NCBI RefSeq assembly: GCF_036321535.1
Contig: NC_087437.1
Span: 95,544,001 to 95,608,000 of the forward strand
Length of the DNA stretch: 64,000 nt
Source: Camelus dromedarius
Taxonomy: Eukaryota
Direction of reading: 5' to 3'
A model generated the notes under the pieces. The model was given only the letters and a program-made list of their open reading frames with translations, was not told where the DNA came from and did not search any database. Each line of letters opens with the position of its first letter. Within the stretch, counting starts at the first letter, position 1. The position numbers and the translations under genes are program-made. Below are positions 53,131 to 64,000 of this stretch, one piece after another.

Positions 53131-53665
53131 TGTAGGGGAGGAAAAATAATTTTCTCTCTACCCTTCTGAGCTCTTGATTGAGGACCTTCACCCCTTAAAC
53201 ATAAAATAGATTAACATGAGAAAAATAAATAGAAGTTTATTAACATGCATGCCTCACATAGGAGATACCCAGGGAACCAGTGTCTTTCAGAGATGGCCCA
53301 AGTCACCACCTAAAATACCATCATCAGCTAAAAGACAAAAAAATCTGGGTGGTAGTAGAGGCTAGTTTTGGGAAATTACCAGATAAAGCACAGTAAACAG
53401 GGATAAGATTTGTTATGCAGATTTAAGTCCCTGCCTTCTCCATAGATGAGGTCCTTGTGATTCAGAGTTATCCTTCTTTTCCTGCTACAGAGGCAGACAC
53501 AAATGGAGAGTTCCCTTAAAAATGTAAGTGTTCCTTACGAAAGGGTGGCTTTGACTCTGTTTTCAGAAATGCTCTGGTGTCTGCAGTTTGTTGAAATATT
53601 CAGCTCAAAATAATCCTTATGCCAAAGAGGCATATTTTTGGGATGGCACATTCTGCTACCCTTCT
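53131..53665 (-). mobile_element. ERV1-class solo LTR with 4-bp TSD
   Basis: tgtaggggaggaaaaata...tttatt (AATAAA on minus)...cagctcaaaataatccttatgccaaagaggcatatttt; TSD ttag at 53127-53130 and 53666-53669. Confidence 0.9.
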
Positions 53666-55009
53666 TTAGTTTGGGAGGAAAAAGACCCCATAGTCAAACA
53701 TTCTTCTACTCTCTGGTACCACTCGCATACTTTCCTCTTGGGATGGGGAAAGGAGAGTGATGTTTTGAATTAAGTTAAAAACAAATAAGCCAAAACACAC
53801 CTCCTTAGGAAAAACAGATTAAGTTGACAAGTTACAGCTGTTGTATGTACTAATCAAATAGTACTAGAAATGAGCACAGCATAATGTTTAGATTAAACTG
53901 AATAGGCACAGTGAGGTTGCATAAAAGTGCCAAGTCAGCAAACAAAGAGTGGCTCAGAATTTGGCGACTACAAAGAAAGAATTGGAAAACACTTGTGTCT
54001 GTCTAGTGTTTGTTATGGCTGACTTACTGTAGTTGGTGAGTGTGTGTGCGTACATGTGCATACGTTTTAATGTGTAGTTTTAATTCTGGATGGCAATATA
54101 CTTTTAAAAATAAGTTTGATAACTGACAGTCCTATATGATTCAGTTCTCTGGAGTTCACAGTTTAATATGTTTTTTTAAATAATCCAGGTATATTAATTT
54201 GGTTATAATTAGCATTGAGGAAAACAATAGCAAACAGAATTAAGTCAAATATTTTCCCCCTTCGGAGACTGAAACAATTGTGCAACTTGTGGGATAACCA
54301 GCAAAAGATTAGAACAATTACTCTCTGTCATTGGAAGGTCTGTATATACCTGTGGTTAGAAGAGGTCAGGTTTCCCAGAGGGAAGTCATTTGTCCCCTTC
54401 CACACAAACCGGTCTATCAGCAAGTGATGGAGGTTCTGTGAAATTAAGTACAATTTCAATAAATTGGTACAACCTGAAATCAATATCTGACCATGAGCAA
54501 TCAACAGTTCAAAGGCCTGGAGCAAGACTGAAGCTATTCAGAAACCAAATCACTCAAGTGAAGAAGAGGAAAAAGAAAAATAAACTTTCTGTGGATTGTA
54601 CATGCACAGCTGAGAGTTTCATAGTTTTAAGGATTCTCCTTTGTTAAAATAAATATTCTCACTATATTGAAGGATTTGGGGTGAATAGTTCAGACAGGAG
54701 CCTCACTCTTCCTATAGCATGCTTGTGCCAACTCAAGTGCCCAAGTGGCCAGATGTGACTGCAGGTGGTTCCATGTATCTCCACGGCAGCACTTGCAGGC
54801 ACAGGCCGGTGATTGGACTAATGGCCTTGGCATGATGTCATCTTATCTAACTGGGTGTTCTTGTCCTGCTGTGAAAAGCAGTAAGACCTGCCCTATTATT
54901 TCACTTGTTGGGGTATCTTCCCATGAATCCAAAATAGGAGTTGTCTGTTCTCATCAACTTTTATTTCCTAAATAAATATCTAATTTATTTATCAAAGCCA
55001 AGTTAAGTT

Positions 55010-55012
<3 letters not shown>

Positions 55013-55050
<38 letters not shown>
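55013..55050. repeat. (TA)n microsatellite
   Basis: Direct reading. Confidence 0.98.
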
Positions 55051-55053
<3 letters not shown>

Positions 55054-56968
55054 TATATTTTTATTTTTCAGATTTAAAAACTATATGATGTTCGGATAAT
55101 TTTAATATTACTTAAGATTTATTAAAATTAAAATTAAAAATTAGAAATTTTACTGATCCTAGATACCAAAATGTCTTTTATAACATGAAATAATTTTAGA
55201 GAAAATAACCATTATATCACTATTGTTAGAAATGTCTAAAAATACTAATTTTTACATCAGTTTCTAAAAAAAAAAATAGGATTTGGAAAAGCACTGACAT
55301 TTTCAAATTAGTGACTAAATTTTTCACATAAAATACTTTTTATAATACAATCAAGAATTCACACAAAAATGTTAGAGAAAAAAATTTTTTTCTCCCTTAG
55401 TGTATATATACACCCTTTCAGAATCCTATTGATTGTAAAACAATTACAATTAAAAATATTGTGCCTGTATGCTTATTTGATATTAAAAAAAATGTAACGC
55501 AAATTGATTCATTGCCTGAATTTCCAAAGGATGTCATTGACTAAATAATGATTAATATTGAAATATCTCTGTTTTTTTACTTATGAGTACATTATCTGTG
55601 GGAGACCATATTCTAGTGACAGATTGGTAATTTGTTTTTACAGCTTGGTTTTTAGTGACACGTTCTAAAGAGTTAAAGTACTTTTATAATCAGAGTACCT
55701 CATTATTAAGAAGATTATTTTAACTACTTTCATCCACTTATTCTATTTTTATGAATCTTCATACTTGGGCTTATAGCAATTATGGACATTTCTAGTTGTT
55801 ATAATGCTTCTCCTGGATTTTGCTAGCACCAGGAAATCACCTATATTCTATGAAAACAGCTGGACACTTTTGACACAGCTTTTGAACACTCCTCGTCTCT
55901 CCTCATTTTTAGTGGAATGTTTTTCCTTTCCTGAAAATGATTAGGACTTGATTGTGCACAGCATCCTTACTGCTGAACGTGTCCTTAGCATTTTGTGTAA
56001 TTACAAGTGCATGAATGTATACAAAAAATTATTTCTTTATAAACACCACATGTGTGAAGCTTGTACCTTGTGCTTTTGTTCTGTGTCTGTCTGATTAAAA
56101 TATATAAATGCCATCCCAGTCAGCTTTGGAAAGTTTCAAAGATACTTCATAAGATCAAAATTTTAGTAGTTGCTTTCTCAAAAAAAAAAGATAAAAAGTC
56201 TCCCTTTTGCTCGCCCTGTGTATGAAGAAAATGTCATTATAAAAACTTCATTAATATGTAAATTGCAGCATTTTGATTAGCACTTGCAGACCCCTTTTGT
56301 TAAGAAAAAAGACGGAAGGAGCTAACCAGATTGCAATCATTTACATAATAAAAACTCAGTGGTGGCAATGCCACCAAGTAGAGAACTTAAAGAAAGCAAG
56401 AATGACTTTTTAAAACAGCTTAATAAAGTATTGGAATCACAAAGTACAAAAGGAGAGAAAATATTTTTCTGTTAACTGACAAACTCTATTTTAGGGGAAA
56501 ATAACAGGTACTACAGATTATATTAAGATGATAGGAATGAACATGTAGCCAACAATGTCAACACATACATATTTTTTCAATTTAGAAGTCAATGTTTCTA
56601 TCACTGCTGTTTGGGGACTTAAATGTAACATACAGGTATCTACTTATGAACGTAGTTTTGATAAAGAGAGGGTAACCTGAGAGGAGACTTCAGTTTGTTC
56701 TAGATATTGCTAACTCATGTTCATTTAAGTGATTGAAAACTATATTTCAGTTTGATGTGAAACATTTAAAACCATTAACTTTTTTAAAAACAGTAGAACA
56801 ATAAAGATATTTGATCATTCAATTTGTAGCATGTATGTTTTGATACTTTGTAACCCCGGGGGTATTTTATGATTAGGTCATCTAAACAGAAATCCAAATA
56901 AAAAATGAAAACAGTGTTCTGGGTGCTTTGTTAGAAAATAATTTTTCTTGGAAATATATAGATGGCAC

Positions 56969-57988
56969 TGTAAGGTAGGAAAAAAATTCTTTCCCTCTAC
57001 TCACCTTGGGTTCATTGTCTCAGTGTTACAGAAACGACAGGCCAGTCAAGAAACAAGCACCACTCGGAGGGTTGGAGTACTCAGATGTATTATGCCGGCG
57101 GGCTCAGAGGGGCTTCTGCTCTGAAGCCCTGAACACCTTCAAGATGTGCACATAAGGTTTTATAGGGTAAAGTACAAGCTTGGGGTATTTGGCCAGTAGG
57201 CATGGAACAGCTTTAGCATCATCATCATCACAAAAGTGGAGGCAGGGAGGCAGCAAATCAACATTCCAAAGCCAGATATGTATCTTTGAAAATCGAGCTG
57301 GCTAGCAAAAACACATAAACAGCAAACCAACACTAATTAACCTAGATTTACAAGTTAGTCTAGCAGAACTCAGATCAGTATTCCAATACTTAGACTTGTT
57401 AGCCCAGCCCAGCCTCTCCTTCACATTCCTAGACCTGTGAGTTATCTTGTTAGACCAGCCCAGCTTTTCCTTCACATCAGATCTTGCAAATTAGATGAAC
57501 AAAGACATGTTAGCAAGAGAAAAACAGAAGTTTGTTAACATGTACATCTCAGACACACACGGGAGTGTTCAGTGTTGAGGAACTCGAAGTGGTGGTTAGA
57601 ACTTGGGTTTATGTAACATCTTAATCAAAAAAATACATTTTTTTGAGTGGTGACAAGGTAAAGGGGAAAAAAACTGGCAAATTGTGGGAAGGCAAATATA
57701 TGGAGATAAGGAAGATAAAGGCTACTTAGTAAACTTTGCTGTGTAGATTCTTCTGGTGCCACCTCTGGACTGGTAAGGAGCTAGAGTTAATCTCTAATGA
57801 TTAACTTTTGTCCTTCCTGGTAAAGAAAAGAGAGGGAACCCCTTTACAAATGTATGTCCTCTATTTAGGCAAATAGGGAGAAGGGAGACAGCTTTTCTTA
57901 TATCTGATTTTTCTCAGTTACCTTCAGCTCAAAATAATCCTTATCCCAAAAAGGCATATTTTAGGATGGCCCATTCTGCCACCCTACA
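56969..57988 (-). mobile_element. ERV1-class solo LTR (related to 53131-53665) split by a younger LTR
   Basis: TG...CA termini; shares cagctcaaaataatccttat-ccaaa-aggcatatttt with the 53 kb LTR; TSD gcac/acac. Confidence 0.88.
57024..57476 (-). mobile_element. Young solo LTR nested in an older LTR
   Basis: tgttac...ttcaca termini, perfect TSD tcag (57020-57023, 57477-57480), retained CpGs, TATA box ctataaaa on minus at 57158-57165. Confidence 0.92.
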
Positions 57989-60169
57989 ACACAAATGGGA
58001 CTAATGCATGGAATTTTCAAATTACTGCCTTTTTCCCGCCCCATGTTTTATTTGTTAAACACCTCTACATATTCATTTGTTGTACATCAAACAAAAATTC
58101 AAGACTGTGACTTATGTGAAAATATGACCCTAGGGATGTGAAATATAAAAATACTATTCAGAATTTTTAAAAGAATTTTCTTCATGGAGAAATCTGATAA
58201 TGAAAACTGTGGGCAAGATAATAAAGTGAGCTGAGCAGAAGGATATGTTAACAAGAGACTGTCTACTAGTCGAGTCTAGCAAGGCAAAAAGCATACTTGG
58301 CAACAGCAATTTGTTTATGGCTCAAAGGAGTTCAAGAATTGCCTTTAACAGCTGATTGCTACCTAGAAGGGAGGTAATTCTGGTCTCAATGCTTTATCTT
58401 TTGTAATGTTCTTGTCTTTAGTGTCATAGCAATTAGGTTAGCACCAGAGAAACCTATTAATCATTTCTGTAACTGCTAAATTGCATAAGTGTGTCGATTT
58501 GGAATCTTGGGGTGAAAATAGAAGATTAATGAGCTGACCTCAGTTCAGTGTCATAATTCAAGAACTAAATATCTGGTGCCTGTCTTGTTACAGAATTGAT
58601 AATATGGATTTTGTTCACTCTAAACTCTACCTTAATATCAAGTAGAAAATGGGGTGGGAGATTAGTTCAGAAGTAGGAAGATAAAAAAGAGATTAAAGAA
58701 ATATTAAACCAAACAACACCCAATCAACATATTTTTTCATTGGTATAGACTAAAATTAATAATGGCTTAATGTGTTGTAGGAACTGCAAAAGTCTTCCCT
58801 TCCACATTCACTGCAGCGAATTTGATGAGTCTCCCAGGGAAGACTGGCCTCTGTATCTGCGACTTGACTGCTTTCATGTGGTACCTGCATGTCACTTGGA
58901 TTCTGAGTCTTTATTAATCCTAGTCAGGTGCAGGCTACAGAGTCCAAAATCAACTTTGGTGGTTCAGCTCTCAGGAAGGTTTTAATAATTCTTTCACACC
59001 CTGGTCTCCCAGTGCTAATGACTAAGCCTGGCTTTGATACGTTTTATAGTGCCAAAAAATATCAACTCCTTAGTTAGGAAACTGTTAAACAGAAGGAGGA
59101 AAAGAAAATTTCTGACAGTAAGAAGACACTAGCCTAATTTATTATAGCTGGAATTGTTGAGATTTTTCTGACTGCATAGCTCTTCAAATGTATAGATATC
59201 TTTAAGAGTATATAGTTTGGAGGGATTTTTTTTGTTGCTGTTACAATTTTGTAGGTATTTTTTCTTCTACCTCAGCTGGCTTCTGTAAAAGAAATTCTAT
59301 TATAATACAACCAAAGCAAATACTGGTGTAATGTCTAAGGATAACAACATCTTTTTATTTCCTTGAACCAAAAGGCTATTCTATTTCATTGGAAAAACAG
59401 TTCATATGAAGTAGTGCACCCATGGGGAACTTAATATAGATTAAAAAAATTTAAAAAAAAAGAAAAGAAAATCTGCAGAAAAATTTGTGGTTTAGTGAAA
59501 CCCTCAGAACATTTACCAACATTTTTGACATTTTAACCATAACAAAACTTTAAAAAATCTTTTGTTTAGAGGAAATCACTCATAACATGGTTAAAAAAAA
59601 AAGACGGAGAAAAATAGCCTGCTGCCTCCAGCATTCTCAAATCTTTACATAAATCAAATGTTACTTGGCAATCAAGTGATAGAAAGGTAAAATATGAATA
59701 TTAATATTTATTTACAAAATCTTTAAGGATACATAAAGTTGGATGTTCCCTTTGCACATTTCTATGTACTGAAAAGGGAGAGATCAGATTAATTAAAGTA
59801 CTTGTAAAAGCTAACACTGGGTCAAAACAAAACAAGCAGAAAAAACCAAGAATAACTAAAAATCCTTCTTTTTCCTGAATAGTGAAATTGATCTGATTTT
59901 TATGTTTGTGACAGAATTAAATGGATATGTATTTCTGTTCAAAACTTTGGCTTGCATATTTAAGCACAAGTCATGACATTTATGATGATTAAATACAGAG
60001 TGAATATATAAGAAACAGTACTACCATTCTGCTCTACATCTTTGGTCAAAAATTATATATTCCTTTGGGAGCATGAGCTCTTGATATATTTGGAGAATTA
60101 AGAAACCAAGTTATGATTTTATGTCAATCTTTTGCAAAGTTCAAGCCACAAATTATTACATGCATCAAA

Positions 60170-60280
60170 TAACAAGTAGTGTTTTCCATTTTAATATAGC
60201 TAGTAGGTAAGAGTTAAAATTTGAACCCAAGTTTCTCTGACTGCAGATTCTTACCTTAACTTGTGCATCTATACTGCCCA
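60170..60280 (-). mobile_element. MIR fragment
   Basis: agctagtaggtaagagttaaaatttgaacccaagtttctctgactgcaga. Confidence 0.75.
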
Positions 60281-61339
60281 GCAGTGTGGCTCAGTGATGG
60301 TACCCCTTTTCTTTTATTAGCCTCCTTTTTGTTTGCAAGGTTTTAAATTTATGGAGCTTATGAGAATGAGTTATTTTGTAATATATTTGAAGTTTATTTG
60401 TAATTTGCAAGTATGTTTTTTTAGGTTAATTAAATTATTTGATAATTGTTTATTATAGATTGCTAGCTAATGATATGGTCATGAAATTTATCTTTGTTCT
60501 TTAAAGTATATCATCTCTGGCTCTGATAGAGTTTGTGAAGACTCGTTTGAGAAAATGGAATTCTTGAAAGTTATGCTGCAGATAATTGAGGAGACATTGA
60601 AATTTTCTAGCAAGGCAATAATAAAATGAAGGCCATATGTAAGAATATTCTAGTAACTTTGTATGAGGTGTATTGCTATAGAAAGACAGAAGTGTCAGGC
60701 AAGCTGGCACACTAATTCAGAACTCAAAGTCTGCATCCAGAATAATTCTCCTAAACCAATTACTCATCTAGAAAGCAAGTAATTTGTGCACACTTGAAAA
60801 AAATGAATCTTACCTTATTATTTAGTGATGACTGAATATCATAAAGGTCATATACATATATATATATACACACATAGTACATGTCTCCCTTTTTTGTGAT
60901 TTCTCCGTTCTTAAAGGTAGATTATATCATTAGGGCTTCAGAAAATTGCTAAAGGAGGAGGATGAGGCAGTGCTCATTATGGGTTTATTAAAACATGGTT
61001 CCATCATTAAACACAAATACTTTGCAATTATTTTATTAAACTATGCTAGTTTCCATACCTGGGATGATTATACTCAGATAGTGAATGGTAACCAAAAAAA
61101 TCACTGCAATATTCACATGAAGGCAAAAATCTAGCTTTCTTGATCTCAAAGAACATTCTATAGAAATGAAAAAACAAAGACCCCTGATTATTAGCCTTAG
61201 ATATAGAAATGCACATTCCTCCACTCAGTTGAACTGTTTTGACCTGGGAAAGAAAAATAAGCTAGAATAACATGTTTAGAAAAACTGGAGTCAGCTAATC
61301 AATTTTCAGTAACTCTCTGATTTATATGTCTAATAACAT

Positions 61340-61490
61340 GACTGGCAATTTATAGTCCCTATCACTAAATCTCAAAACACAATTTGCTGCAGCCATAAAC
61401 AATTTGTTTAGTGTAAATGGCCTTTAATCCCATTGATGATTGATTAATCTATAAATCACAAAAAGAGCCACATGAGCCAGAAAAAAATAA
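61340..61490. promoter_or_regulatory. Putative conserved developmental enhancer (PBX/HOX motif cluster)
   Basis: CCATAAA 61393, TGATTGAT 61437, ATAAATCA (TGATTTAT on minus) 61451, TAATCC, in repeat-free DNA; conservation not tested. Confidence 0.45.
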
Positions 61491-63519
61491 TGTCCTAGCT
61501 TTCTTATTTATTTTTAATTTTAAATTCTCTATTATTACCAATAAAAAATATGTATCTTCCAAACATTCAAGATAAGAATGTTAATTAATAAAATAGGAAA
61601 ACTCTAGTAATTATTACCATTAAATCATTTTGAAACAAACTCAGCAAAACACACAGAGTTTTTGAGGGTTAGAAATACTTGAAGACAATTTAATTTCCTT
61701 GAAAATTTAATAGAATTGTGTTTGATTAGGTAGGCCATGAAAAAAAAACCTCATCTTATTCTCTAGAATCTTAAAGTTTCCTTGTCATTTTGGTAGGAGG
61801 TGATCAATTTAAAAATATTTCTGAGGAAAATAAAACACAAAGTAGGACATTTATTTAGAAATATGAAAGGTGGTCATTTATATATTTAGTGACAACATTT
61901 AATGATTTGTCAGTTTATTATATTTAAAGAGAGAAGGCAACTAAAAGTGCAGTGTGACTAAAAGGGAAAAAGAATATATTTGACTGTCTCTATTTCCTTC
62001 CATAGGGATGTAAAGCACATAGTCAAAACAAAATGTACATGGGGTTTTATTATGGTCTTGATGAATGAGCTTGTAGGTAAGGATGCTTATTGGAGGATTG
62101 ACCATGACAAAATAAATTCATCAACTTTCTATACATATTGAAAATTCCATAATCTTGGCACTATCTTACTTAGAGTAATCTGCATAGATAATTTACCTTC
62201 CCTTCTTATACTCCAGTACAGAACTGGATCAAAGTTATTTCCAACTTTACTCAACTTAAGGAAAAAAAAAATTTGTGTGAAACATGACTTGCTCAATTTT
62301 TGTCAATTTCATTGTTCAACACCAGTGTTTACATTCATCTTTTTTCTCCCCATCAAGGTGGCCTCAAGTTAACGCTGGACTTTCAAGGATACTTAAAACC
62401 TGGTGAGTTTGGTTATCATACTTCTTCTTATGCTGAAAGCAAGTTGGAAAGAAATTTGATTTTGCTGCTTCCTGTTAGAATGTTTCAAAATAGTCTGATG
62501 TCAAATGGTAGAAATTGATTTTGATCGAGTTCTGGGCTCAGCTTGCCTTGGCATACTTTTACAGGGTTGTGTTCACTCTCATTCTAATCTTTCCGGTGAG
62601 CAGACTGCTAAGGCATTATTCATGCATGTCATAGGGAGTTGGTAGTTCCATTTAGTTATTTACTGGCTTGGTTGCTTTTTTGTTGAAGCCTGAATAAAGT
62701 GACAGGAATCTTTTTTATTCTAGATTGTTCTTGGCATAGCAAATGCAAAATATTCAGCTAAAATAAATACCCGTGAGAGTCATAAATGCCATTAAGGACT
62801 TGGATTTAAAGGGAATGCTTAAGTTAGACTTGAATAAAGAGAAAAAGAGGATTTCATTTTTACAATTGCTGAAGTTGGCAGATGTAATTATTTTCTCAGA
62901 TGCATTCTCTTTACTATCTGTAGGTTGTCAGTGCAGGAGGGGGAAGAGGAGGGAAGGGTTTAGTCCCCTTCTCACCCCCCATCATCCACCCCCTGTATCT
63001 AAAACCTACACATCAGTGAGAGGGCATGGGCTCCACTGGGGACCTTGGGAAGCACACAGAGCTCTAGAGATTTCCATCTCTACCCTTCCCTCCTCTCCTC
63101 TCCTTTCTCTTCCTCATAGTTGGTAAAATACATTTTACTGGATAGTTGTTCACTGGTTTCTTTTCTCTTCATGTGCTTTTAAAAAAGAGAAACAGAATAT
63201 TATTTTCCAGCAGGTGGTGACAGATTTTCAACAAGGCAATGTGCAAACTGACAAGATAGAAAAGTTTTTTTCTTTCTTTCTTTTCTTTTTGGCCTTCAGA
63301 ATCAAGACTTTGAGCCTTTTGTGAATATATTAGGTTAGCTGGCAGAACACTGTATCAAGGACGCCAAACCCCTGTAAAGACCTAGTCTATAACCTCTAAT
63401 CTTACAGACATGAACTCTATTATTTCCCATTAAAATTAGAGGTTACCAAATTGTAACAGATGTCCTTAATAGACACGTCTTTATTACTGGGGAACATTAG
63501 GTAAATGAAAATTGCACCC

Positions 63520-63670
63520 CGTATTTTAAGTTGCAGCTCATGAAAATACAAAGCTCTATGGCTGGATCTGGCATTTTAAGTCTAAATTATAGATGCCTTT
63601 ATACAATTTGCATTAATTGATGCATCAGCAATTTTTCTAAATCACAGCAAGTATGAAATAGTGAAAATTA
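63520..63670. promoter_or_regulatory. Putative enhancer (SOX/octamer/homeodomain cluster)
   Basis: ACAAT overlapping ATTTGCAT (63606-63613), TAATTG, palindrome tgatgcatca (63618-63627); conservation not tested. Confidence 0.4.
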
Positions 63671-64000
63671 AAAAAAAAATTGAATCCTAGTTACTCTAAG
63701 CAAAGTACAATATTTGACATCCCCCAATTCATAGAGACTATACAGTGCACTTCAATAGCAAGAATATTTTAATTAAATGCTAGGAGAATAGGGCTGAGGG
63801 TGGAAATCTTCCAATAAACCTATAATGAAGACAAGCTGAGGGATGAATAACTTGATAATAAAAGAGCTTTATGACTATGTGTTATTACAGATGTCTGAGT
63901 ATTTTAAAGTAGATTAAGATGATCTTTATGTATAGGACAGTTAAACTACAAACACACACAAAAAATGGACAAAAATAAGAGATTAAAAAAAAAAGTGCCA

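Noticed and set aside
130..63126. The many 60-130 aa ORFs in the supplied track
   Set aside because: Apart from the L1 ORF2 remnants they are short, often start at non-ATG codons, overlap repeats or microsatellites and resemble no protein I know; expected by chance

Overview
AT-rich, CpG-depleted mammalian genomic DNA with no recognisable intact protein-coding gene, RNA gene, CpG island or prokaryotic feature. A tRNA-derived SINE at 49.1 kb and the 3' UTRs of the young L1 copies look camelid (camel/alpaca/llama); this is by recall, not a database search. A large share of the window is interspersed repeats: old L2, MIR, L1M, MaLR/ERVL/ERV1 solo LTRs and MER20, plus younger L1, SINE and LTR insertions with visible target-site duplications and several nested insertions. 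The only ORFs with real homology are L1 ORF2p C-terminal remnants near 27 kb; the rest look like chance ORFs. Nearly all L1 copies lie on the minus strand, which suggests an intron of a plus-strand transcription unit. A few plus-strand exon candidates exist but are unproven. Several repeat-poor blocks, especially 58-64 kb, carry dense homeodomain/PBX-HOX/POU/SOX motifs typical of conserved developmental enhancers. I cannot support a novel biological system from this sequence. Repeat family names are from memory, and boundaries are approximate unless a TSD is given.
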